From the IMG/VR virus record IMGVR_UViG_3300042907_001596, positions 1 through 64,000 of that record: 64,000 bases of DNA; one strand, given 5' to 3'. The notes under the pieces were generated by a model. That model did no database searches and was not told where the DNA came from. It saw only the letters and a program-made list of their open reading frames with translations. Positions 10,071 to 20,200 of the stretch are shown piece after piece (within the stretch, counting starts at the first letter, position 1; every line of letters starts with the position of its first letter). Made by a program: the position numbers and the translations under genes. Source of the DNA: a virus.

Positions 10071-10766
10071 ATGACTTCACCCGGCTTCTCTAACGCTCCG
10101 ATTCAGGACTTTAACACTCAACCGGTGGCCATCGTGTCCGTCGATGTCGCGAAACGCTCCGCTACCGGCCGCACCAACCGGGGTGCGATGATCCCGATCT
10201 CCACCAACTACCATGTCGGTGCCTGCCAGGTCACCCCCTCCGTCGGGGATCAGTGGCAGGTCGTCTGCATCAGAGGCGAATGGCGTTTAACGTCGCGGCT
10301 GCCGCACCATACCGCCGACCTTTTAGTCAAGCCCGAGCAAGGGCAGACACAGATCGGTGCGGCGGGGCCAACGGAGCTTCACGGATCGGTCGTCAACGTC
10401 AAAGCCCCCTACCTGACCCTCAACGGCACGCCGTACCGCGACAGAGATGGTGCCCTTCAGCGGCAAGAAGACGACGGCACCTGGACGCCGATCACCCCGA
10501 ACATCGCCGCAGTCACCGTCAACCAGATCACCAACGCGACCGCACTGGGGAAGGCGCTGCTGACCGCCAGCGATGTCAACGAAGTGTTGACGATCCTGGG
10601 TTTGGCAATCGCCGGTGCCGGACTGGACGGCGGCACCGCAACAAGCCCCAACACCGACCCGATCGTGTCCGGCGGAACCGTGTCCGGCCCCCGCGTCGGA
10701 GCCGACCTGGATGGCGGCTCGCCGTCCGTGTCGGGAGACATCGTTGCCTCCGGCGGCACACCATGA
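10071..10766 (+). CDS. Baseplate spike-like (OB-fold) protein
   Basis: ATG 10071 with RBS GGAGG; TPSVGDQWQV resembles the gpV/gp5 OB-fold motif; follows hub. Confidence 0.55.
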   Translation: MTSPGFSNAPIQDFNTQPVAIVSVDVAKRSATGRTNRGAMIPISTNYHVGACQVTPSVGDQWQVVCIRGEWRLTSRLPHHTADLLVKPEQGQTQIGAAGPTELHGSVVNVKAPYLTLNGTPYRDRDGALQRQEDDGTWTPITPNIAAVTVNQITNATALGKALLTASDVNEVLTILGLAIAGAGLDGGTATSPNTDPIVSGGTVSGPRVGADLDGGSPSVSGDIVASGGTP

Positions 10767-10782
10767 GAAGGAATGAAGTGAC

Positions 10783-12978
10783 ATGCTGATTCAGCCACGG
10801 CGGGGCACCGCTGACCAATGGACTTCCGCCAACCCGATCTTGGCCGTCGGGGAGATGGGATATGAAACCGACACTAAAAAGTTCAAGTACGGCGACGGCC
10901 TGACCGCCTGGGCTACCTTGCCGTACGGGATCAGCGCGGCCAACCTGAGCAACGCCACCTCAACCGGCCTTGCCGTCTTGACGGCCAGCAGCGCCGCCGC
11001 AGCGCGTACCGCATTGGGCGTCGGCACCGGCACTTCTGTGCAGGCCGCTGACATTCTGGACTCCACCGCGACCGGCCGCGCCCTGCTGCTGGCCGCGTCG
11101 ACCACTGCGGCTCAGACGGCGCTGGGTGCCACCGCGATCGGCAGGTCGGTGCTGACCTCCGCCGACGCCGCCGCCGTCCGCACGGCGATCAGCGCCGGAA
11201 CCTACTCTAAGCCGGGGACGGGCATCCCATCTACCGACTTCGCTAGCGCCGTCCAGACCAGCTTGGGGCTGGCGAACACCGCACTCCAAGCGGTGGCGTC
11301 CAACCTCATCTCCGACGCCAGCGTTATCGGTAGGTCAATTCTGACCGCCGCCGACGCGGCGGCTGTCCGCAGTGCCATCGGGGCCGGAACCTCTAACGTC
11401 GCGATCGGCACCACCGCCGGAACAGCACTCAGTGGAACGTACGTTCCGACCTCCGCCAGCATCTCCGACTCCACCACGGTGGGACGCGGCCTGCTCACGG
11501 CGGCGACGGCCGAGTCGGCGCGAGCAGTCATCGGAGCCGGAACATCCAACCTGGCGCTGGGGACGACCGCATCCACCGCGCTGGCCGGAAACTATGCGCC
11601 GACCTCGACCAGCATCACCGACGCCACCGCTGTCGGTCGTGGACTGCTGACGGCAGTCGACGCCGCCGCCGCCCGAACACTAATCGGAGCGGGCACCGGC
11701 ACCGGCACCGGCACCATCTCGTCCACCAGCATCTCCGATTCCACCGCCGTCGGCCGATCGCTGTTGACAGCAGCCTCCGCTGCCGCCGCCCTTGCCGCGA
11801 TCGGGGCGGGAACCGGCACCTACTCCAAGCCCGGTACCGGCATCCCTTCCACGGACATGACGACCGCCGTCCAAACCAGTCTGGGCAAAGCCAACACCGC
11901 ATTGCAGACCGTCACGGCAGCCAGCCTCACCGACTCCACCACGGTGGGCAGGGCCGTCCTCGTCGCCGCTGACGCTGCTGCTGCCCGCACCGCCATCGGG
12001 GCGGGCACCTACTCTAAGCCTGGTACCAACATCCCCGCCACCGACCTCGCTACGGCGGTGCAAACCAGCTTAGGTAAAGCCGACAGCGCCATCCAGGCAG
12101 TGTCATCCACAACGATCTCCGACGCCACCGTCGTAGGCAAAGCCCTCATCACCGCCGTCAATGCGGCGACGGCGCTCACGGCGATCGGGGCCGGAACCTA
12201 CTCCAAGCCGACAAACGGCATCCCGGCGACCGACTTCGCGGCGGCGGTGCAAACCAGCTTGGGGTTGGCAAACACCGCACTACAAACGGTGTCCTCCGCC
12301 ACCCTTTCCGATGCGACCGCGATCGGCCGGAGCTTGCTGACGGCCAGCAGCACAGCAGCAGCATTGACGGCGATCGGGGCTGGAACCTACTCCAAGCCCT
12401 CGACGGGAATCCCCTCAACCGACCTGGCGACCTCCGTCCAAACCAGCCTAGGGCTGGCGAACACCGCGTTGCAGACCGCACCGACGATCTCTTCGACCAC
12501 CATTACTGACGCCACCACCGTGGGCAAAGCCCTCATCACGGCGGTCGACGCGGCGACGGCCCGCACCGCGATCGGCGCGGGCACCGGGTCGGGAACCTAC
12601 TCCCGTCCCGCCACCGGCATCCCCTCGACGGATCTTGCCACGGCGATACAGACGAGCCTGACGAAAGCCGACGCCGCCTACACCAGGCCCGCAACGGGCA
12701 TCCCGTCCACCGACCTCACCGCAGCGGTGCAATCCAGCCTGACGCTGGCCAACGCCGCCTACGCCAAGCCGGGTACCGGCATCCCGGCGACCGACCTCGC
12801 AGCGGCAGTGCAGACCAACCTGACGAAAGCCAGTACCGCCCTGCAAGCCATCCCGACCGGCTACGTCGCCGGATCCAGCAACGGCACCGCCACCAACCTC
12901 ACCCTCTGGGTAGGCACCGCTGCGCAGTACACAGCCATCGCCTCTAAGAGCGCAACAACCGTGTATGTGGTGACCTAA
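10783..12978 (+). CDS. Tail fibre with Mtd-N/hyaluronidase-N-like anchor and Ala/Thr repeats
   Basis: N-terminal IQPRRGTADQWTSANPILAVGEMGYETDTKKFKYGDG; many internal repeats; C-terminal LWVGTAAQYTAI...TVYVV motif. Confidence 0.82.
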   Translation: MLIQPRRGTADQWTSANPILAVGEMGYETDTKKFKYGDGLTAWATLPYGISAANLSNATSTGLAVLTASSAAAARTALGVGTGTSVQAADILDSTATGRALLLAASTTAAQTALGATAIGRSVLTSADAAAVRTAISAGTYSKPGTGIPSTDFASAVQTSLGLANTALQAVASNLISDASVIGRSILTAADAAAVRSAIGAGTSNVAIGTTAGTALSGTYVPTSASISDSTTVGRGLLTAATAESARAVIGAGTSNLALGTTASTALAGNYAPTSTSITDATAVGRGLLTAVDAAAARTLIGAGTGTGTGTISSTSISDSTAVGRSLLTAASAAAALAAIGAGTGTYSKPGTGIPSTDMTTAVQTSLGKANTALQTVTAASLTDSTTVGRAVLVAADAAAARTAIGAGTYSKPGTNIPATDLATAVQTSLGKADSAIQAVSSTTISDATVVGKALITAVNAATALTAIGAGTYSKPTNGIPATDFAAAVQTSLGLANTALQTVSSATLSDATAIGRSLLTASSTAAALTAIGAGTYSKPSTGIPSTDLATSVQTSLGLANTALQTAPTISSTTITDATTVGKALITAVDAATARTAIGAGTGSGTYSRPATGIPSTDLATAIQTSLTKADAAYTRPATGIPSTDLTAAVQSSLTLANAAYAKPGTGIPATDLAAAVQTNLTKASTALQAIPTGYVAGSSNGTATNLTLWVGTAAQYTAIASKSATTVYVVT
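10943..12850 (+). repeat. Interleaved coding repeats of the tail fibre
   Basis: Units like SDATTVGKALITAVDAATARTAIGAGT and YSKPGTGIPSTDLATAVQTSLGLANTALQ recur with DNA-level similarity. Confidence 0.88.
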
Positions 12979-13577
12979 TGCTGTTCACCGGATCCTCCGC
13001 CTCCAAGGTCTACCTGGGGAGCACCGCCGTCAGCGCCGTCTACCTGGGTAGCACGCTCATCTACAAGTCAACCCCCGAACTCACGACCTTCTCCACCGCC
13101 GGGGCGTTCACCTACACCATCCCGACGTGGTGCAACACCCTCGACATCATCTGCTTAGGTGGCGGCGAAGCCGGTGGGGTGGCGTGGCTTCTAGGCACCG
13201 GCTCCGGCGGCAAAGCGGGGGGCTGGGGATCGTCAACGCTGACTCGCGGGTCGAACATCCCCTTCTCTACGGCCACACTGGCGGTGACGGTCGGTGCGGG
13301 CGGCACCGGATCGCAAGGCAACTGGCCTGCTCCCGGTGGTGATGGGCAGGCATCCACGGTCAGCGGGACGTGGGGGACGGTCACCGGGGCAGGCGGGGCA
13401 GGCGGAAACTCCTCCAACTACAACGGCGGCTCCCCCGGCACCGTTACCGTTGCAGGCCAGACCTACAGCGGCGGCGTCTTCCCTGCTGCACCCGGCACCG
13501 GCGGCGGTGGCGGCAACCCACCGGGAGGCCCCGGTGGCGTGGGGGAGCGAGGTCGCGTCTGGATCCGCGCCTACTAG
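12978..13577 (+). CDS. Glycine-rich minor tail protein
   Basis: FSTAGAFTYTIPTWC...CLGGG...GGKAG...VTVGAGG...GERGRVWIRAY glycine-rich fibre-tip domain; TAATG overlap. Confidence 0.75.
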   Translation: MLFTGSSASKVYLGSTAVSAVYLGSTLIYKSTPELTTFSTAGAFTYTIPTWCNTLDIICLGGGEAGGVAWLLGTGSGGKAGGWGSSTLTRGSNIPFSTATLAVTVGAGGTGSQGNWPAPGGDGQASTVSGTWGTVTGAGGAGGNSSNYNGGSPGTVTVAGQTYSGGVFPAAPGTGGGGGNPPGGPGGVGERGRVWIRAY

Positions 13578-13627
13578 AACCCTGTGGTGGCCCTTTCCTG
13601 GCACGAGAAGGATTAGAGGAGGAAATA

Positions 13628-14044
13628 GTGACGTACAGCCTTGCCGTGGTAGACGGCGATCTTGCCCAGCAGGGAAGTTCACTGGCGATCGTCTACGGCG
13701 TCGACAAGCTCCGGCAAGACCTCACCTTGTGGATGACTGAACGGCGCGGCATCGACCGCTTTCATCCCACAATGGGGACTATCCTGCCCGACTTCATCGG
13801 CTCGCTGATTGTCGAATCGACCAAGACCCTCATCCAAGGGGAAGTCCTAAGAGTTCTCCAGGGCTACCAGGCATACCGACTGTACGAGTTCAAGCGTGCC
13901 CCGCAGAACTTCAGCTACTCCGAAATGCTGTATTCAATCAACGCTATCGACGTGGCACTATCATTTGACACGGTGTACGCCTCCATTAAGGTCAGTGCGC
14001 TCGACGGAACCCCTTCGGCAGTGGCGGTGGCGCAAAGTGTCTAA
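13628..14044 (+). CDS. Baseplate wedge protein (gp25/gpW-like)
   Basis: GTG 13628 with RBS GAGGAGG; KLRQDL...TERRGIDRFHPTMGT motif. Confidence 0.78.
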   Translation: MTYSLAVVDGDLAQQGSSLAIVYGVDKLRQDLTLWMTERRGIDRFHPTMGTILPDFIGSLIVESTKTLIQGEVLRVLQGYQAYRLYEFKRAPQNFSYSEMLYSINAIDVALSFDTVYASIKVSALDGTPSAVAVAQSV

Positions 14045-15869
14045 AACTCCCGCCGACATCTCATCGGCCATCCTGGCAACCTTGGCGACGACCGCGCCGG
14101 GACTCTCGTGCGAACTGGGCACCCCCGAACGCAAAATCATCGACGCCTGCTCCGAAGCGATCAGCGCCGCCTACATCGACCAGTATCTCGTCGGCAGCCT
14201 GCTCGACATGGACACCAAGGTGGGCTTGGAGTTAGAGCAATTCGTCGGGATCTTCGGCTTCGGTCGGCTGCAAGGCAGGAGTGCCGTCGGCGTGGTGCGG
14301 ATCAGCATGACCACCCCCAGCACGATCGACACCCAGATTCCTATCGGCACCCAATTCTTCGCCAGGCCGGGAACCTCTGGGGTCAATGGGAACCTGCGTT
14401 TCGCCACTACCGCCCAGGCTGTGCTGCTGGCCGGAACCTACAGCCTCGACATCCCCGTCAGTTGTACCGAATCCGGTACCATCGGCAACCTACCTCCCGA
14501 CTCCATCGTCTCGACCGGCACGATGATCGGATCCTCATCGGTCACCAACCTTGCCGCCATGACCGGCGGCGTCGACACCGAATCTGACGCCGCGCTGCGG
14601 CAACGCTTTAAGGACACGCTGCTGCGCAACGTCTCCGGCACCCGCGACTGGTACCTCTCGCTGTGTCTTCTGAGCAACAGCGTATCCCGCGCTACCGTCG
14701 TCGGGCCGGTGTCGAAGTACTCCACTCAAATCGAAGTCCCTGCCGCCGGTGCCTCCTTGACCGTGCCGGTCGCTGAAGTTAAGTATGTATGGAAAGATTC
14801 CGCCAGCGTCTTCATCAACTTAGGGCAAAAATCCGACCTGCCCGAAGAAGATGAAAGGTTCTACATCCCCGGCTCCGACTTCACCTTATCCAGCGGCACC
14901 ACCACCGCGCCGACCTTCACCCGCACCACCGGAAGCCTGCTCACTGATGGCCAGGTGGTCGACTTAGAGTTCCAATACACCTCCCGGTCGTCGCGCAACG
15001 ACCCGGCCAACAACAAAACCAATAAGGTTGATGTGTTTGTCGACGGCATCGACCCCATGCCGGTAGCCGAGCAGACCGTGCTGGGGCAGACCGGGGTGAG
15101 CACCACCGCGCTGATGACCAACCTCGCCAGCGACACGCTGTACTACAAAAACTTTGAGCGGGTCGGCCCCAGCACCGACCCGGTCGTGGGGAGCCGGTTT
15201 ATGCGGCTAGGCAGCGTGCCGGTGGTGTCATTCCCGTCGGCGCTGACCATCAACGGCAAAGTGTACCGCGAAGGCGACGACTACTATCTGATCCGCAGCA
15301 CCCTCAAAAACGTCCTCAACGAGACGACGCTACTGACCGGATCCCACCGGGAAATCGCCGGTGTGGAGTGGCCAACCGGTAAAGGCCCCAGCCAAGCCAA
15401 CGGCACCCCCATGACCGTCGTCTTCGTCTACAACCGGGTGCCCGAAGTGCTGTACACCACCATCTCCCAAACAAAGCAAATCGCCACCGACGTGCTGGTG
15501 CATCAAGCGGACTACCAGTACATCCAGCCGTGCTTGTCGATCGAATACGACAAGGCATACCAGCGGTCGGTGGTAGACATCGCCATCACCGACAGATTGA
15601 AGAAGTACTTCCAAGGCCAAGGCTTCGGCCAGTCCATCAAGCTGTCCAACATTTGCATGGCCGTACAGCAAGTCATCGGCGTGATCGACGTGAAAGTCAC
15701 GACCTCAGCGGAAGCCACCGCCCGCAACTGGGCGCACTACGGCATCAGGCTGTACAACAACTCCTCCGACACCGTGCCGGACTACATCAAGACTGAAGAC
15801 TTCACGCTGGCAGAGAGCCAGGTGCTGATGTACTACGGGGTGAAGCTGCTACGGAGGGCCACCACCTAA
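14037..15869 (+). CDS. Baseplate J-like protein
   Basis: LEQFVGIFGFGR, GTIGNLPP and GGVDTESDAALRQRF...GTRDWY motifs; start inferred at GTG 14037. Confidence 0.88.
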   Translation: MSKTPADISSAILATLATTAPGLSCELGTPERKIIDACSEAISAAYIDQYLVGSLLDMDTKVGLELEQFVGIFGFGRLQGRSAVGVVRISMTTPSTIDTQIPIGTQFFARPGTSGVNGNLRFATTAQAVLLAGTYSLDIPVSCTESGTIGNLPPDSIVSTGTMIGSSSVTNLAAMTGGVDTESDAALRQRFKDTLLRNVSGTRDWYLSLCLLSNSVSRATVVGPVSKYSTQIEVPAAGASLTVPVAEVKYVWKDSASVFINLGQKSDLPEEDERFYIPGSDFTLSSGTTTAPTFTRTTGSLLTDGQVVDLEFQYTSRSSRNDPANNKTNKVDVFVDGIDPMPVAEQTVLGQTGVSTTALMTNLASDTLYYKNFERVGPSTDPVVGSRFMRLGSVPVVSFPSALTINGKVYREGDDYYLIRSTLKNVLNETTLLTGSHREIAGVEWPTGKGPSQANGTPMTVVFVYNRVPEVLYTTISQTKQIATDVLVHQADYQYIQPCLSIEYDKAYQRSVVDIAITDRLKKYFQGQGFGQSIKLSNICMAVQQVIGVIDVKVTTSAEATARNWAHYGIRLYNNSSDTVPDYIKTEDFTLAESQVLMYYGVKLLRRATT

Positions 15870-17227
15870 TGGCAAGTCAAAATCCGTTCCCACTGATGCC
15901 GCCGATCTCGACGGAACTGCGGCTGGCTCACTTCGATGAGCAGATCTATCGGGGCACCTCCGAAACGCTGCTTTACAAGTATGTCGACGCCATCTGCGGA
16001 ACTACCGGCGTCGGCGCACTGCTCAACGAAGCCTTTTTGGCGCGGCTATCCACGGCGCTGGAAACCATCTACTTCAACGACCTCGACTATATTTTCGGCA
16101 AGATCAGGTTTCTCTCTCGCTCCCCGGCGGAAAGCTACTCCTACAACCCGATGAAAGACATGCTGACCTCCGACCAATGGTCGGAAGTCAAAGTCAAAGA
16201 CACTTGGTACCGGGAGCGGATCCGCAACTTCTTCGTCGGGGCATCACTAGGCGGCACCCCCGAAGGGGTCAAGATGATCGTCCAAGCCGCGCTGGGTGTG
16301 GACTGCACCATCTTGGAGTCGTGGCGTTACATTGACAACTTCGGCCTGACCAACTCGCTGGGGCGGGCCAACGCCCGCAACGAGATCACCATCCGGCCGA
16401 AGGGCAAAGCCTACCTGCTGCCCGAAGAGTGGCGGCTGGTGCGGGATATGCTCGACAAAGTCTGCCCGGTCGAAACGATCGTCACCATCAACATCAACGG
16501 ACTGTCCGACCTCACCCCCGTCCGCATCTCTGCGGCGGCGTCGAACTCTACTTACTACGAAGTCGTCAAGTCGATCAAAGCCACCCCAGTCATCAAGACG
16601 ATCACGTCGGCAGCCGACCTCAACCTCACCTCCTCCGACCTCAACAGCAGCCACTTCTGGCTCTTCGACGCCACCACCGAAGCGCAAGAAGCCCCGTACG
16701 CCGCCTTCAACATCACGTCGGAATACGGCTACTACTACCTCGTCGGCGGCGGGGAAAGAAGCCCGATTGACAACGTCACCTACGGCACCCTCAAAGCTGA
16801 CGGCGAAGTGACGACCGAATCGAACTTTGAGGTACACCAAAACAGCGGAGCCTTCACCGACTGGTACAGCTACGAGCTAGCCGACTGCCCCCAAAACTTC
16901 CCCGGCGGAAAGTTTGGCTTAACCCCCACCAGGCTCCCCGCCCTCAACCCCGACCGCACGCCCTACAAGTTTCCGTGGGCCAGCCAGTTGGCGTTCATTG
17001 AAGAGAAGATCAACGAAATCCTCAAACTGGGCGGTATCGCAGACGCCATCCGCTATCGACTGCCACTGACCGCCTCCCGCAGCCCCAAGACGACCTATTT
17101 CCCCGAGTATGCCGTGGCCTACTCCGCTCCGTCGCAGGAATCAACGGTGTCCACCGGCATCACCACCCGACGACCGGCTACTCTTGCCAGTGACTGGGCC
17201 GACACAAATGCTTATGTGAGCAGGTAA
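15869..17227 (+). CDS. Baseplate wedge protein (P2 gpI-like)
   Basis: Follows J; YRERI...GGTPEGVKMIVQAALG...LDKVCP. Confidence 0.68.
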   Translation: MASQNPFPLMPPISTELRLAHFDEQIYRGTSETLLYKYVDAICGTTGVGALLNEAFLARLSTALETIYFNDLDYIFGKIRFLSRSPAESYSYNPMKDMLTSDQWSEVKVKDTWYRERIRNFFVGASLGGTPEGVKMIVQAALGVDCTILESWRYIDNFGLTNSLGRANARNEITIRPKGKAYLLPEEWRLVRDMLDKVCPVETIVTININGLSDLTPVRISAAASNSTYYEVVKSIKATPVIKTITSAADLNLTSSDLNSSHFWLFDATTEAQEAPYAAFNITSEYGYYYLVGGGERSPIDNVTYGTLKADGEVTTESNFEVHQNSGAFTDWYSYELADCPQNFPGGKFGLTPTRLPALNPDRTPYKFPWASQLAFIEEKINEILKLGGIADAIRYRLPLTASRSPKTTYFPEYAVAYSAPSQESTVSTGITTRRPATLASDWADTNAYVSR

Positions 17228-20200
17228 TGGCTACCGACGGTATGTTCTACGAGTTCCACATCCCGCTGGGACTCTACGATGCGATCCAAACGCTGCTCCG
17301 TCAGCAGCAGGCATCCCCTAACACCCCGAACGTCATCACCCCACCGACGACGGATCGGCAATGGTTCTCCCAGCCCCGATCGGCCGTCCAGGGCGAAATC
17401 ACCAAGCCCACTTTTTTCCACGCAGTCGGCATCTCGCATCTGTTCAGCCTCTTTGGGGTGGGGATCGCCAACGTCGGCGGCGGAAGCACACTCACCGTCC
17501 CCGGCGTCAACGGCAAAACCTACACCTGGAACGGTGCCCCCGGCACCGACCCCTTCCCGGCGATGGTGGACACCACCTACTGGAACGTCAAGACGGTTCA
17601 ATACTCCGCCTCCGCCTTCCCTTACCTCCAAAGCCTCGCGGCGGGAGCCGAAGCGGTCGTCGCGGCGATCAAAGCCACCCCCGGCAAGTTCGCGTTAGGC
17701 GGCTACGGCTTAGGCGCAGCCGTGATGTCGCGGGTCTGGGACGAAATCCAGTACGGCACCCTCGCCAGCCGCAAAAACGACCTGATCGCCGCAGTCACCT
17801 TCGGCTCGCCCGCCAGAGCGGCATCCCACCTGTGGCCGGGGGCCACCCCGATTGGATCGTGGGATGCCCCGTCCACGACCACCGGCAGCCACGGCGTCTT
17901 CCCGTCGGATCGGCGGATGACCTCCACTCCCGCTGTGTGGTGGGATTTTGCCAACTCCGACGACGTGTTCTCGTCCGTCGGCAACACCACCGCCGGGGCC
18001 AACTTGTCGGCGCTCACCGCCGTGCTCACCCAAACTTTCACCGGCAAAGACCTGCTGGCCTTCATCTCCACCAACCTCCTGAACCTGCCGTGGGACACCA
18101 TCACGTCGGCGGCGTCGACCATCAGCCAAGTCACCGACATCTTAGGATCCGACGGCGGCGGGCACAGCACTTACGCCACATCGCCCCCGACCGGCAATCC
18201 GCAAAATGGTCTGACCAGCTACCAGATCGCTCTCAACTACCTGAACACCGTCGGCAAGGACTACCAGGCCAGCCGCACCTTCGGCAACACCACCGAAGTG
18301 GTGCAAGTCAACTTCAAAATGCCGATGCCGATCAACGACCTGGCGTTCCAAGCCGTGCAGGTGCCCGTCACCATCGAAGCCTGGTACAAAGACCGCTACA
18401 ACAACTGGCGGGCCATGCTGGACGACAACCGAGTCCCCATCAAAGTCAACCTGTCGCGGGCCACCACCGAAAAGTGGTACGCCTACCGCGCCGACGTATC
18501 CCCGATCGTCGCCCAAGCGATCCAACTACGGCTGACGAGGGTCTACGACTCCGGCGTCGGCAACACGGCGTACTGCGTCGGCATCCGCAACCTACTGGCG
18601 AGGCGCAACATCTATTCGCGTCCGGCCGGGATCATGGCTACGACCATCACTGAAGACGCAATGGGCAACGTCGTGGAAACCACCATCAAAGACTGGGATC
18701 CACCCCAAGCGATCGACAACAACCCCGGCACGTTCTGGAAGTCGGCGGCGATGCCCGACCCCGACGCGGTGGCCTACTTGTGCTTGGATGTCCGCGACAG
18801 CGACGGCACCGCCAAGCTCATCGACACGCTCTATCTAGATCCGGTCTACACCGGAAACTCCATGAACCTGTACTACTCCAACGACGACCTCAACAGCACG
18901 CTGCGGCTCTCGCCTATCTCGCTGCGCCCCACGACGGCACCTTCCGGCACGACGTGGAAGATAAATAAAGGCTTGTCCGACATCACCACAGGAACCTCCG
19001 CCTCAACATGGTCGGCCCCTTTCCGAATCGGCCCGCAAGTACGCCGGGACGCTTGGATCGGGATCGAATGGGCACCCAACTTCAGTTCCGCCGCGCCGCC
19101 CGCCAACAACCCGGTACTCTTTGAGGTCACCCCGTCGGGGGCCAAGCCGGGACAGTTCTGGCCCCGCGTCTACTACCAAACCTCCCCGTCGCGGCTCGTG
19201 CTGGAGTTCACTAACGGCACCTCCACCCCCTACCAGTTCGTTGCACCGTTCAGCACGACCTTCGCGGCGGGCACCACCTTGAGGATCGTCGCCGGGTGGG
19301 CATACAACATGCCGGGGGAAGCGGTTGTCGTGTCGGTCTGCAATCAGAACGGCACCGAAATTGCGGCGTTCACGACTTCGTCCGTCGTAGACATCCCCGA
19401 ACTCATCACCTTCGACGGCAAGGTGGGATTCTCCCGGTTCAAAGGTTTATTGACGGCGCACGTCGTCAAGCTGGCGTCGTGGACGGACTCTAGCGGCAAA
19501 GCCGACTTCCAAGCCAACCCGATGTCGTTTGTCGACCCAGAGCCGACCATCCCCGACGCCGACGGACAGATCGGATCCAGCAGCCTGGACAACGCGGTGC
19601 TGTCGTGCGACTGGACGACCCAGCAGTACCCAATCGGCGGCAGCCACACCAGCGCCCACGCCGACCGCAAATGGGTGCCGGTGTGGCGCGATTACGTCAC
19701 CAAAAAGGGGAAGATGTTTTTGCCCCACCAGATCCGAGCGCAATACCTCAAGCTGGAGTTCTCCAAGCTCACGCCCGAGCCGTACCCGATCTACGACACC
19801 GGCATCCAAGTCACCTACGAAACCTTCCCCGTCTCCGTCTACGGCGACTACAAAAGCACGACCACCATCACCAACACCGTTAACCGGCGAGTCCCCGGCC
19901 TGCTGGAAAATGTCGGTGACGCCACCACGCAGTTCGTCGGCAACGCCATCGGCACCATCACCGGGGCGGCGGACGCAATCGGCGGAGCCGTCAACGGTGT
20001 GCTGGGGAAAATCGGCAGCCTTGTGGGGGGAATCTCCAGCGTCAACTGGCTCGACACGACCTCCATTAGGGCGGCAATCGAAGCGCCGTTCACCGCCGTC
20101 GCGCAGCCCATCGTCGCCGCGCTGGGCTACAGCAACCCTATCCAAAGCCTGCCGAACACACTGCTGTCTGCGGTATCGACCGTTAGCAACACTTTCATGT

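Noticed and set aside
10783-13577. Diversity-generating retroelement suggested by the Mtd-N-like domain
   Set aside because: No reverse transcriptase and no adenine-variable TR/VR pair seen in the window.
17361-18653. 430-aa alternate-frame ORF and similar long overlapping or antisense ORFs (e.g. 639..1790, 48088..49299, 63074..63955)
   Set aside because: Shadows of high GC3 codon usage in real genes; Arg/Pro- or Val/Gly-biased with no recognisable motifs.
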